This document shows positions 1 to 9,239 of a DNA stretch of 64,000 bases, piece after piece. Source of the stretch: Candidatus Omnitrophota bacterium (GTDB taxonomy: Bacteria; Omnitrophota; Gorgyraeia; Tantalellales; Tantalellaceae); NCBI GenBank assembly GCA_014728075.1, contig WJMG01000091.1, positions 13,181 to 77,180 of the forward strand. Direction: 5' to 3'. Both the position numbers and the translations under genes were made by a program. Each line of letters begins with the position of its first letter. The first letter of the stretch is position 1. Below the pieces are notes generated by a model that saw only the letters and a program-made list of their open reading frames with translations, did not search any database and was not told where the DNA came from.

Positions 1-2373
1 GACCATCATCCCCGTACTGCCGGGGACATCAGGGGCGATGTAGATGTTTTCAAGGAAGTCGGCGCTACCGTGTCCATACTGCTTGAGATACTGGAGGAAA
101 AGGGTAAACTCGACCTGACGCCTCTTGAAGCGACACTCATGCTGATAGGTATCTACGAGGAAACCGGCTCTCTTTCCTATTCAACCACGACAAAACTGGA
201 TGTTGACATGGTCAGCCGGCTGCTTGATATGGGAGCCAATCTGAATGTAGTCTCCTCTTACCTCAACAGGAACCTTGACGGCAACGAGCTTACGGCGCTT
301 ATAGAACTGCTGGGTTCGACCGATGTGGTTAATGTGAACGGTGTTAACGCCGCTTTTTCCCTGGTCGATTCCGAACGGCTTGACGGGGAAATGGGGACGG
401 TTGTCCATAAACTGCAGGATGTAGAGAACTATCCGGTGCTTTTCGCGATGTTCGTTTCCGGTGAGAAAGTAAAGATACTGGCCCGGAGCAGGATAGAAAT
501 GATAGATGTTAACCGCCTGTTGTCCAATTTTAACGGGGCGGGCCATTCCTCGGCGGCAAGCGCCAGGGTAACCGGAAGGGACCCCGATGAGATCAAAGGG
601 GAGATCGTATCCCTGCTGGGAGGCGTGTTGCAGCCGGAGGTTTTCGCGAAGGATATAATGACCGAAGAAGTAGAGACCTTTTCTCAGGATGAGCTGGTGG
701 CCGATGTTAAGGCCAGACTTGAGGAAAAAGGTTACGAGGGCGCTCCGGTAGTCGACGATAAAGGGCATCTGGCGGGGATGATAACTCAGAGTGACCTTAA
801 AAAAGCCGTTAACAGGGGTATGGGGCATTCGCGGATAAAGGGATATATGGCCGTTAACCTTAAGACCGCCTCACCGGACACATCACTTCTGGAACTCAAG
901 GAGATGATGATGTCCGAAGGCATAGGCAGAGTGCCGGTCATCGATAAGGGAAGGATGACGGGTATAGTGACCAGGACCGATGTCCTGAAAAAAGTGCACG
1001 GCGTGCTCTTCGAGGACAAGGCCTCTTCGGGAGCTGCGCACATGGACCTGGCCCCCCGGATGCGCGATCTTCTTCCCGCAAAGCTTCTGGAATTCATAAA
1101 GTTCATAGGTGAAGAGGCGGATTCTTCCGGAATAAACGCTTTTCTTGTCGGAGGCTTTGTCAGAGACCTGCTTCTCGGCAAAAAGAAAAATTACGATCTC
1201 GATGTTGTGGTGGAGGGGGACGCTATAGGATTCGGAAGGAGTATAGCCGACAAGATAGGGGCCGCTCTCGTGATACACAGGAAGTTCGGGACCTGTACGG
1301 TGGTCAGGGACTGGCCGAGATGGCTGGGCAAGGCCCTGCACCCCGATAATAAATTCAAGATAGATATAGCTACCGCGCGGGAAGAAACATATGAGAGCCC
1401 GGCGGCTTTGCCGACGGTAAAGTTCAGTTCTCTCAGGGAAGATCTGTACAGGAGGGATTTTACCATAAACGCTATGGCCGTAAATATCAATAAAAAGAAC
1501 TTCGGGTTCTTCCTGGATTTTTTCGGCGGCAGGACGGATCTGAAAAACGGTACTGTCAGAGTGCTTCACGATAAGAGTTTTATAGACGATCCCACGAGGA
1601 TATTCAGGGCGGTACGCTTTGAGCAGCGGTTCGGTTTTGTCATAGAAGGGCATACCGAATATCTGATAAAGCACGCGGTAAAACAGGAAATGTTCAAGAG
1701 GACCGAGAACCAGAGGATCAGGGACGAGCTCAAGCTCATGCTTCAGGAAGAAGACCCGGAAAAAGCGGTTTTCAGGATGAAAAGCCTTCACGAGCTCAGG
1801 TTCATACATCCGGAACTGGTGCTGCGGAGATCCATAAAAAGGTATTTCCGGGAGATCCGAAAGGCCGTTGAATGGTACCGGAAGGAAGCGTCGAACCCCC
1901 GTAAGCTTGACAGGTGGATAATGTACCTTATACTGGTCCTGGACAGCCTGACCGGTAAACAGCTGGAGGAGGTCCTGGACAAATTCGTTTTCACGAGAGG
2001 GGAAAGGATACGGCTGAGATCTTCCAAAGGCAGGGCCCGCCGGGCGCTTAAAAGGTTTTCGTCAAGGGGGAAGATGTCCCCGAGCCTGGTTTACCGGCTG
2101 CTGGAGCCTCTTTCCCACGAGACAGTTCTATGTATGCTGGCTAAAACAAGGTCAGTCCCCGCGAGAAAAAGGATAAGGAAGTTCCTTTCGGAGTACAACG
2201 GGACCAGGCTTGCCATCAGGGGGCAGGATATAAAAGAAATGGGTATAGAGCCCGGCCCCGAATACAATGATCTTCTTAAAAAGGTACTTTACGCCAAGAT
2301 CGACGGGAACCTTGACGGAAAAAAGGAGGAAATGCGGTATCTGGGGCAGCTTGTGAAAAAGAACCCTTCGTAG
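1..2373 (+). CDS. Multidomain DHH/DHHA1 - CBS pair - poly(A) polymerase/CCA-adding nucleotidyltransferase family protein. The 5' end is truncated by the window edge; the frame is open from nt 1.
   Basis: The N-terminal region (IYEETGSLSYSTTTKLDVDMV...) resembles the DHH/DHHA1 core of the NrnA-like protein at 2819. The middle has CBS-pair motifs (GAPVVDDKGHLAGMITQSDLKKAV; IGRVPVIDKGRMTGIVTRTDVLKKV). The C-terminal half has the polymerase-beta head motif GGFVRDLLLG...DLDVVVEGD plus a tRNA-NT tail. No stop codon occurs between nt 1 and 70 in this frame. Confidence 0.7.
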   Translation, partial: DHHPRTAGDIRGDVDVFKEVGATVSILLEILEEKGKLDLTPLEATLMLIGIYEETGSLSYSTTTKLDVDMVSRLLDMGANLNVVSSYLNRNLDGNELTALIELLGSTDVVNVNGVNAAFSLVDSERLDGEMGTVVHKLQDVENYPVLFAMFVSGEKVKILARSRIEMIDVNRLLSNFNGAGHSSAASARVTGRDPDEIKGEIVSLLGGVLQPEVFAKDIMTEEVETFSQDELVADVKARLEEKGYEGAPVVDDKGHLAGMITQSDLKKAVNRGMGHSRIKGYMAVNLKTASPDTSLLELKEMMMSEGIGRVPVIDKGRMTGIVTRTDVLKKVHGVLFEDKASSGAAHMDLAPRMRDLLPAKLLEFIKFIGEEADSSGINAFLVGGFVRDLLLGKKKNYDLDVVVEGDAIGFGRSIADKIGAALVIHRKFGTCTVVRDWPRWLGKALHPDNKFKIDIATAREETYESPAALPTVKFSSLREDLYRRDFTINAMAVNINKKNFGFFLDFFGGRTDLKNGTVRVLHDKSFIDDPTRIFRAVRFEQRFGFVIEGHTEYLIKHAVKQEMFKRTENQRIRDELKLMLQEEDPEKAVFRMKSLHELRFIHPELVLRRSIKRYFREIRKAVEWYRKEASNPRKLDRWIMYLILVLDSLTGKQLEEVLDKFVFTRGERIRLRSSKGRARRALKRFSSRGKMSPSLVYRLLEPLSHETVLCMLAKTRSVPARKRIRKFLSEYNGTRLAIRGQDIKEMGIEPGPEYNDLLKKVLYAKIDGNLDGKKEEMRYLGQLVKKNPS

Positions 2374-2439
2374 AAACGCGTACTTCCGCGCCGGACTTTC
2401 GCGTGCGCGGACGGGGCGGATGAGTGGAGTGACGATATC

Positions 2440-2832
2440 ATGGACAGGATGAACAGGGTGGCGAAACTTATAATGATGGAAATAAGCGTTCTTCTGCAGA
2501 AAGAAGTTAACGATCCGCGGGTAAGCGCCATTACCATCACCGATATCGAGATAACCAGGGACATGAGGCTCGCGAAGATCTACTATGTACCCGCTGTTTC
2601 GGACGCTAACGAAAAAAAAGAGGTATCCCGCGGCTTGAGAAGCGCTTCGCGTTTTCTGCGGGGTGAACTCGCCAGAAGGATGTCCATGAAATATACGCCG
2701 AAACTGTCTTTCCGGGAGGATATTACCGAGGAAAAACAGAGGACGGTCGATGAGCTTTTCGAGAGGATAGAGAAAGAGCCGGGTTTCAGCGGCGGAGAAG
2801 AACAGAAAGGGGCGCAGGATGAGGACAGATGA
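2440..2832 (+). CDS. rbfA: Ribosome-binding factor A
   Basis: MDRMNRVAKLIMMEISVLLQKEVNDPRV...ITITDIEITRDMRLAKIYY is typical RbfA. Synteny with truB, rpsO and pnp supports it. Confidence 0.9.
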   Translation: MDRMNRVAKLIMMEISVLLQKEVNDPRVSAITITDIEITRDMRLAKIYYVPAVSDANEKKEVSRGLRSASRFLRGELARRMSMKYTPKLSFREDITEEKQRTVDELFERIEKEPGFSGGEEQKGAQDEDR

Positions 2833-3796
2833 CATGAAAAGCGTGGCGCGGGTTATCAGGGAGAACAGGAATTTCCTTATAAGCGCCCATATAAACCCGG
2901 AAGGTGATTCGATAGGAAGTCAGCTGGCGTTGAGCTTCATGCTGGGGGTAATGGATAAGCGGGCCTACATGATAGATCAGGACAGGGTCCCCGATAACCT
3001 TATATTCCTTCCCGGGGCCAAGAATATCCTTACCGAGCCTCCTGCTGATTTCGAGCCTGACGCCGCTTTGATAGTCGACTGTCCTGTCATTGAACGCACC
3101 GGGGATGTGTCCGGGTACCTGAAGAAGGCCGGTCTCATAGTGAACATAGACCATCATGTAAGCAACGAATATTACGGAGATGTCAACTGGGTCGAGGAAG
3201 GGTTCAGCTCGGTCGGTGAAATGATGTTCCACCTCGCGGGGGAGCTCGGTGTCCGCATGGAAAGAGTTCTCGCGGAGAATATTTACGCGGCTATAGTTAC
3301 CGATACGGGCATGTTCAGTTACAACAATACCTCAAGCGATACCCATCGCGTGACGGCGGAGCTGGTCGAGGCCGGAGTAGACCCGAATTTCATGCATGCC
3401 GAGATTTTCGAGAAAAAGGATCTGGCCGAGATAAAGCTTCTCGGAGAAGTGCTGAATTCCCTGGAGATATCAGAGGAAGGTAAGGTCGCTCACATAAAGC
3501 TTACCCGCGGCATGTACTCCAGGGTAGGGGCCGATAAAGTGGCTACTGACGAATTCATAAATTACCCCCGTTCCGTTAAAGGGGTGGAAATAGCTGTTTT
3601 CTTCAAGGAAAGTACCGGTGAGAAAGATAAGGTGTATGTGAGTTTTCGCTCCAACGGAAAGGTTGATGTTAACCGGCTGGCTTCGCTTTTCGGCGGCGGG
3701 GGCCATCAAAAGGCCTCCGGATGCATGCTTGCCTGCGGGATGGAAGAGGCCGTCGGGAAGGTCCTTTCCGAAGCCGAAAAGGTCTTGCAACAATGA
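2819..3796 (+). CDS. DHH/DHHA1 phosphoesterase (NrnA-like oligoribonuclease / pAp phosphatase)
   Basis: The DHH motif region (NIDHHVSN), a DHHA1 domain and the C-terminal GGGGH motif are present. The gene overlaps the rbfA stop. Confidence 0.8.
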   Translation: MRTDDMKSVARVIRENRNFLISAHINPEGDSIGSQLALSFMLGVMDKRAYMIDQDRVPDNLIFLPGAKNILTEPPADFEPDAALIVDCPVIERTGDVSGYLKKAGLIVNIDHHVSNEYYGDVNWVEEGFSSVGEMMFHLAGELGVRMERVLAENIYAAIVTDTGMFSYNNTSSDTHRVTAELVEAGVDPNFMHAEIFEKKDLAEIKLLGEVLNSLEISEEGKVAHIKLTRGMYSRVGADKVATDEFINYPRSVKGVEIAVFFKESTGEKDKVYVSFRSNGKVDVNRLASLFGGGGHQKASGCMLACGMEEAVGKVLSEAEKVLQQ

Positions 3797-4476
3797 TGAT
3801 CGCAGACGGAATACTGGTAGCAGATAAGGAAAAAGGGATGACCAGCCACGATGTGGTGAGCCTTGTGCGAAGGCGCTACCGCCTGAAAAAAGTAGGACAT
3901 GCCGGTACCCTTGACCCGAACGCTACCGGCGTACTGGTGCTGCTGTTAGGAAAGGCGACCAAACTGTCCGGCACCTTTCTCAACGAGGACAAGGAGTATA
4001 TTGCTACCATGAAGCTCGGGGAAAACACCTCCACAGGTGATTCCGAGGGGGAAGTAACGGCGGCCGGGGAAGTTAGCTGTTCACCCGAAGAGGCCGCCGC
4101 GGCAGTTTCGGCTTTCAGGGGCGAAATGGACCAGGTCCCGCCGATGGTCTCCGCAAAGAAGATCGGCGGAAAGAAGCTCTACAAGCTCGCGAGAAAAGGC
4201 ATAGAGGTCAAAAGGGAGCCCCGTAAGATATTCATAAGCGAAATGGAGGTGCTCGAAGTGTCCATCCCCGTGGTGGTCTTCAGGACGGTATGCAGTAAGG
4301 GGACATATATACGCCAGCTGGCGCAAGACATAGGAACTCAACTGGGATGCGGAGCCCATCTCGCAGAATTGAGGCGGATCCGTTCGGGAAGTTTCGGGAT
4401 TGACCGGGCTGTCCCTGTAAGTGTTTTGAAGCGGATCGGTCCGGAAGAACTAAATGAGAAGATTATACGGGTATGA
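3793..4476 (+). CDS. truB: tRNA pseudouridine(55) synthase
   Basis: GILVADKEKGMTSHDVVSLVRR...VGHAGTLDPNATGVLVLLLGKATKL is the TruB catalytic motif. ATG 3793 overlaps the upstream stop (ATGA). The track ORF from 3721 is an upstream in-frame extension. Confidence 0.9.
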   Translation: MMIADGILVADKEKGMTSHDVVSLVRRRYRLKKVGHAGTLDPNATGVLVLLLGKATKLSGTFLNEDKEYIATMKLGENTSTGDSEGEVTAAGEVSCSPEEAAAAVSAFRGEMDQVPPMVSAKKIGGKKLYKLARKGIEVKREPRKIFISEMEVLEVSIPVVVFRTVCSKGTYIRQLAQDIGTQLGCGAHLAELRRIRSGSFGIDRAVPVSVLKRIGPEELNEKIIRV

Positions 4477-5428
4477 CAATATCAGGCAGGAATTAAGGGA
4501 CCCGGTCGCGGCCATCGGTATGTTCGACGGTATACACCTGGGGCACAGGCGCGTTATCAATAAGGTGCTGCGGGCCGCCGGAAAGGACAGGGACGCCGCG
4601 GTCATCACTTTCGATCCGCATCCACAGTCGGTCATCGATCCGCGGAAGGCCCCGCCGAGGATCATGTCCCTTGAGCACAGGCTTCACATCTTCGAAAAGA
4701 TGAAACTGGACGCGGCCGTGGTCATAAAGTTCACCGGCGGCGTATCGTCGATGGGCCCTGAGGATTTTGTGGACAAGGTCATTTCCGGCATGGGGGCCCG
4801 AACGGTGTTCGTCGGCAGCAATTTCCGTTTCGGAAGCGGGAAGTCGGGTGATGTGAAGCTTCTAAAGGATATCGGCGGAAGCCGAGGTATAGATGTTTTC
4901 GAAGTAAAGCCGGTCAAAATGGGCGGGAGGGTGATAAGCAGTACCTGGCTGAGAAAACTTATTTCTTCGGGGGATATCGCAAAGGCCGAAAAGCTTCTAA
5001 GGAGGCCTCCTTCGGTGCTCGGGACCGTAGTGGAAGGAGACCGGAGAGGACGGTCTCTTGGGCTTCCGACGGCTAATATAGATCCGCACCAGGAGGTAAT
5101 ACCCCCGCCGGGAGTTTATGCCGTAAAAGTGGAGCTTGGAGGAAAACTCTTCAACGGGGCCCTTAACATCGGGTTTAAGCCGACCTTTTACGGGAGTAAA
5201 TTAAAAAAAAGAAAGGAGCCAAGCGCGGAAGTCCATGTTATAGATTATGACGGCAGTCTTTACGGGAAGACCCTGGAGATCTTTTTTATAAAGGCGTTAA
5301 GGAAGGAGAAGCATTTCCGAACCGAGAAAGAGCTGGTCTTTCAGGTGCGGAAGGATATGGAGAGAGCCAGGCAGCTGTTAAGTTCAAAAAGAACAAGCGA
5401 AAAGATAAGAAAATACAAAGATATCTGA
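4454..5428 (+). CDS. ribF: Bifunctional riboflavin kinase / FMN adenylyltransferase
   Basis: The N-terminal GMFDGIHLGHRRVI nucleotidyltransferase motif and a C-terminal riboflavin kinase domain are present. Confidence 0.9.
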   Translation: MRRLYGYDNIRQELRDPVAAIGMFDGIHLGHRRVINKVLRAAGKDRDAAVITFDPHPQSVIDPRKAPPRIMSLEHRLHIFEKMKLDAAVVIKFTGGVSSMGPEDFVDKVISGMGARTVFVGSNFRFGSGKSGDVKLLKDIGGSRGIDVFEVKPVKMGGRVISSTWLRKLISSGDIAKAEKLLRRPPSVLGTVVEGDRRGRSLGLPTANIDPHQEVIPPPGVYAVKVELGGKLFNGALNIGFKPTFYGSKLKKRKEPSAEVHVIDYDGSLYGKTLEIFFIKALRKEKHFRTEKELVFQVRKDMERARQLLSSKRTSEKIRKYKDI

Positions 5429-5572
5429 GAACAGGGTCCAGCCCGGCCCTATATATAAATAATTTGTTATAATGTTTACAAAATTATATTTGTGTGATAG
5501 TATAATGCGCGAATAAAAATAACTGCCGAAAACGGATATGATCCTTTTCGCGGAAGAAAGGAGGTGAGTTAA

Positions 5573-5842
5573 GTGTCGATCGTAAAGGAAAAGAAAAATG
5601 AGATCATAGGTACTTTTCGAAAACACGATAAAGATACCGGTTCAGCCGAGGTGCAGATCGCTCTTTTGAGCGAAAGGATAAATTCCCTGACTGAACACTT
5701 TAAAAAGCATAAGAAGGATTTTCATTCGAGAAGAGGGCTTCTGATGCTCGTAAGCAAAAGAAGGAAGCTTTTGACTTACCTTAAGTCCGTAGATAACGAT
5801 AAGTACCAGGAAGTTATCAAGAAACTCGGGCTCAGAAAGTAA
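5573..5842 (+). CDS. rpsO: 30S ribosomal protein S15
   Basis: 89 aa with [42 protein letters not shown] lies upstream. The gene sits immediately upstream of pnp. Confidence 0.95.
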   Translation: MSIVKEKKNEIIGTFRKHDKDTGSAEVQIALLSERINSLTEHFKKHKKDFHSRRGLLMLVSKRRKLLTYLKSVDNDKYQEVIKKLGLRK

Positions 5843-5895
5843 TTAATGGTACATACATATAATGTTAACAGCAAGCTTAAGAAGGACAGGTATAC

Positions 5896-8004
5896 ATGAT
5901 TGATGTAAGAGCAGATCTGGGCAGGGAGCAACTCATTATTTCAACGGGGAAATTGGCTAAACAGGCAGGCGGTTCCGTTACGGTGCAGTACGGCGGTACT
6001 ATGGTGCTGGTGACATGCTGCTGCGCGAAAAAGGCAAAAGAAGCTATGGGATTTTTCCCGCTGACCGTGGAATATCAGGAAAAGACATTCGCGGCCGGTA
6101 AGATCCCCGGAGGATTTTTCAAAAGGGAAGGACGGCCTTCCGAAAAAGCGATTCTGACATCCAGGATGATAGACAGGCCGATACGCCCTCTTTTCCCCAA
6201 AGGGATGCTTAACGAGGTGCAGGTAGTGGTCACGGTGCTGTCGTACGACGGGGTCAACGATCCCGATGTCCTGGCCCTTACGGGCGCCTCTGCCGCTCTT
6301 ACTATATCGGAAATACCTTTCGAAGGTCCCATCGCGGGAGCGAGAGTGGGAATGGTCGACGACAGGTTCATCCTCAATCCGACAGCCGAAGAGATGGAAA
6401 AGAGCACTCTCGATGTTATACTTGTCGCGAACGAGGAGAGCGTCATCATGCTGGAGGCCGGGGCGGAAATGGTCTCCGAAGACAGGATGGTAGAAGCGAT
6501 AAAGTTCGGCCACGAGGGGATCAAGCCGCTTTTAAAGATACAGGACGAGCTCAGGGAAAGGGCGGGCAAGCCCAAGAGAGAGGATATAACCATTGTCGAG
6601 CTCGACCAGGAACTTTTCAAGAAAGTTAAGGAAAAGTACTCTTCAAAGATAAAAGAAGCTCTTCAGATAGTCGATAAGCAGCAGAGAATAGAAGAGCTCG
6701 ACAGCCTTGAAGCCCAGCTGATCGAAGAAGAAGCCGACCCGGAGAAGGAAGGTCTCGAGGCCGACCTGAAGCTGGCGTTCGCCGAGGTGGAGAAGGACCT
6801 GGTCAGGGAAGTCATATTAAAAGACCGCAAGAGGATAGACGGAAGGCAGTTCGATGAGATAAGGCCTCTTTCTTCCGAGGTCAACATGCTTCCAAGAACA
6901 CACGGTTCCGCTCTTTTTACCAGGGGGGAAACACAGGCGCTGGCCGTAGTTACACTGGGTACGGTGGCCGACGAGCAGAGGATCGATGCCCTGGAAGGCG
7001 AAACAACGCGTTCGTTCATGCTGCATTATAACTTTCCTTCTTTCAGCGTAGGCGAGACCAGACCGATGAGAGGACCGGGGAGGAGAGAGATCGGGCACGG
7101 CGCGCTTGCCCACAAAGCTCTTACTCCCGTTCTGCCCGAACCGGAGAATTTTCCTTATACCATAAGGATAGTTTCCGAGATACTGGAATCGAACGGTTCA
7201 AGTTCCATGGCCACCGTGTGTTCAGGGTCAATGTGCCTTATGGGCGGCGGTGTCCCCATAAAGGAATCCGTAGGCGGTATAGCCATGGGCCTGGTCAAGG
7301 AAGATGATAATTACGCTATTTTAACGGACATAGCCGGCGCCGAAGACCATCTCGGTGATATGGATTTCAAAGTTGCGGGGACCAGGACCGGTATAACCGC
7401 GGTGCAGATGGACCTGAAGGTCAAGGGTATTAACTACGACATACTTAAAGAGGGGTTCGAGAACGCCCGGAAGGCAAGGCTCAGTATAATCGACCATATG
7501 GAGCATACCATAGCGCGTCCCAGGGAAGACATGTCCCCGGATGCTCCCAGGATAGTCGTGGTGATGGTGCCGGTGGATAAGATCCGGGAAGTCATAGGCC
7601 CCGGCGGCAAGGTCATAAAGGGTATAATCGCGGAGACAGGCGCGGATGTTAATATAGAGGATGACGGGACCTGCCAGATAGCTTCCTCGAACAAAGAATC
7701 CCTGGACAAGGCCGTAGAGATGGTCAAAGGTCTCATTGAGGAACCGGAAGTAGGCAAGACCTACGAAGCTACAGTGGTCAAAATAATGGATTTCGGGGCA
7801 TTCGTCAGGTATATGCCCAATCAGGAAGGTCTCGTGCATGTTTCCGAAATATCCAATGAATATGTAAAGGATGTTCACCAGTTCCTGAAAGAAGGCCAGG
7901 AAGTGAAGGTCAAACTGGTCGGAATAGACGACCAGGGGCGGGCAAAGCTGAGCATGAAACAGGTTGAAGAGAAACAGGTTGAAGAGAATAAGGATACAGA
8001 TTAA
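5896..8004 (+). CDS. pnp: Polynucleotide phosphorylase
   Basis: 702 aa with two RNase PH domains, a KH domain and a C-terminal S1 domain (GLVHVSEISNEYVKDV). It follows rpsO as in the canonical operon. Confidence 0.95.
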   Translation: MIDVRADLGREQLIISTGKLAKQAGGSVTVQYGGTMVLVTCCCAKKAKEAMGFFPLTVEYQEKTFAAGKIPGGFFKREGRPSEKAILTSRMIDRPIRPLFPKGMLNEVQVVVTVLSYDGVNDPDVLALTGASAALTISEIPFEGPIAGARVGMVDDRFILNPTAEEMEKSTLDVILVANEESVIMLEAGAEMVSEDRMVEAIKFGHEGIKPLLKIQDELRERAGKPKREDITIVELDQELFKKVKEKYSSKIKEALQIVDKQQRIEELDSLEAQLIEEEADPEKEGLEADLKLAFAEVEKDLVREVILKDRKRIDGRQFDEIRPLSSEVNMLPRTHGSALFTRGETQALAVVTLGTVADEQRIDALEGETTRSFMLHYNFPSFSVGETRPMRGPGRREIGHGALAHKALTPVLPEPENFPYTIRIVSEILESNGSSSMATVCSGSMCLMGGGVPIKESVGGIAMGLVKEDDNYAILTDIAGAEDHLGDMDFKVAGTRTGITAVQMDLKVKGINYDILKEGFENARKARLSIIDHMEHTIARPREDMSPDAPRIVVVMVPVDKIREVIGPGGKVIKGIIAETGADVNIEDDGTCQIASSNKESLDKAVEMVKGLIEEPEVGKTYEATVVKIMDFGAFVRYMPNQEGLVHVSEISNEYVKDVHQFLKEGQEVKVKLVGIDDQGRAKLSMKQVEEKQVEENKDTD

Positions 8005-8428
8005 GCGGAAGGAAGACGCTCTGGACCTTCCTGTGCCGTCGTACGCCACCGCGGGTTCAAGCGGTATGGACCTTTACGCGGATGTCGAGTCCGAACTGGT
8101 TCTGCGGCCCGGCGACATAAAGCTTGTTTCCTGCGGGATATACATCGAGTTGCCCGCGGGTTACGAAGCCCAGATAAGGCCCAGGAGCGGTTTGGCCCTT
8201 AAACACGGTATAACCCTCGTCAATACGCCCGGGACCATAGACAGCGACTACCGGGGTCTTATAAACCTTATAATCACGAACATCGGCAGAGAGGATTTTG
8301 CCGTCAAAAGGGGCCAGAGGCTTGCCCAGATGGTCATTAAAGAAGTCGTCCTGGCCGATCTCGATGAGGTAAAGGAGCTGGGAGATACCGTGCGTGCCGC
8401 GGGAGGTTTCGGCCACACCGGGATTTAG
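7964..8428 (+). CDS. dut: dUTP diphosphatase. The start is uncertain: TTG at 7964 or TTG at 7979. It overlaps the pnp 3' end.
   Basis: PSYATAGSSGMDLYA...GTIDSDYRGL are dUTPase motifs 1-3. No ATG start is available; both candidate starts are TTG. Confidence 0.85.
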   Translation: MKRNRLKRIRIQIKRKEDALDLPVPSYATAGSSGMDLYADVESELVLRPGDIKLVSCGIYIELPAGYEAQIRPRSGLALKHGITLVNTPGTIDSDYRGLINLIITNIGREDFAVKRGQRLAQMVIKEVVLADLDEVKELGDTVRAAGGFGHTGI

Positions 8429-8462
8429 CGCCCTGTTTTCAGAGGCGGGAACAGGATCTTTT

Positions 8463-9230
8463 ATGACTATAGCGGAATCAGTGATCTCGGGTCTGGTACA
8501 GGGGCTTACCGAATTCCTTCCCGTTTCAAGCTCCGGTCATCTCGTTCTTTTGCACAGATTTTTCGGTTATGAAGAGCCGGGAGTTTTTTTTGATGTCTGT
8601 CTTCACGCCGGGACCCTTTTGTCGGTCCTTGTTTTTTTCGGGCCCTACATCGTTTCCCTGGCGGTCAAGAAAGATGGAAGATCACTGTTGATGCTCTTTA
8701 TCGCAACTCTGCCTGCCGTAGGGGCCGCGCTTTTATGGGGCGACGCAATTGAAGGGTTTTTTACCGACCCCCGTTCCGTCGCTTTTTTTCTTTTGTGTAC
8801 CGGCGTAATGCTTTTAGCCGCTCAATTACGAATGTACGGACAGAGGAATAGCGGAGGCGTAACACGCCCTGTACCGGCTTTTTTGATGGGGATAGCCCAG
8901 GCGCTCGCGCTTCTGCCGGGGATCTCCAGGAGCGGATCAACTATCTCGGCGGGAATACTTTCAGGGGTTTCGGAAGAAGAGGCTTTCAGGTTCTCTTTTC
9001 TGATGTCGATACCAGCCATAACCGGCGCGCTCGTATTTAAATCACGGAGTATAGGCGCAGCCGGCCTGGATCTGGATACCGTAACGGTCTACTCCGCCGG
9101 AATACTGACCGCGTTCGTTGCCGGCATCCTGAGCCTTTATGTCCTGCGGAAGGTGCTTAAGTTCAGGAAACTTTATTTTTTCGGTATATATTGCGTTGCG
9201 ATCGGTCTGACCGGTCTTTTTCGATGGTAA
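8463..9230 (+). CDS. uppP: Undecaprenyl-diphosphate phosphatase
   Basis: LVQGLTEFLPVSSSGHL is the BacA/UppP signature and the protein is polytopic. ATG 8463 was chosen over the track start at 8394. Confidence 0.9.
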   Translation: MTIAESVISGLVQGLTEFLPVSSSGHLVLLHRFFGYEEPGVFFDVCLHAGTLLSVLVFFGPYIVSLAVKKDGRSLLMLFIATLPAVGAALLWGDAIEGFFTDPRSVAFFLLCTGVMLLAAQLRMYGQRNSGGVTRPVPAFLMGIAQALALLPGISRSGSTISAGILSGVSEEEAFRFSFLMSIPAITGALVFKSRSIGAAGLDLDTVTVYSAGILTAFVAGILSLYVLRKVLKFRKLYFFGIYCVAIGLTGLFRW

Positions 9231-9239
9231 GCGCCGGGG

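Noticed and set aside
883-1809. Long antisense ORFs opposite well-supported genes. Examples: 883-1809(-), 10047-10946(-), 18323-19597(-), 20880-21551(+), 23581-25257(-), 25480-26253(-), 51260-52615(-), 61307-62074(-).
   Set aside because: These are shadow ORFs typical of GC-rich DNA. Each lies wholly inside a gene with strong homology on the other strand. They have no RBS and no recognisable domains.
2374-2439. GC-rich inverted repeat (CCGCGCC...GGCGCGG) after the first gene, read as a rho-independent terminator.
   Set aside because: There is no U-tract after the stem and rbfA follows 40 nt later in the same orientation. It is more likely an intra-operon structure or chance.
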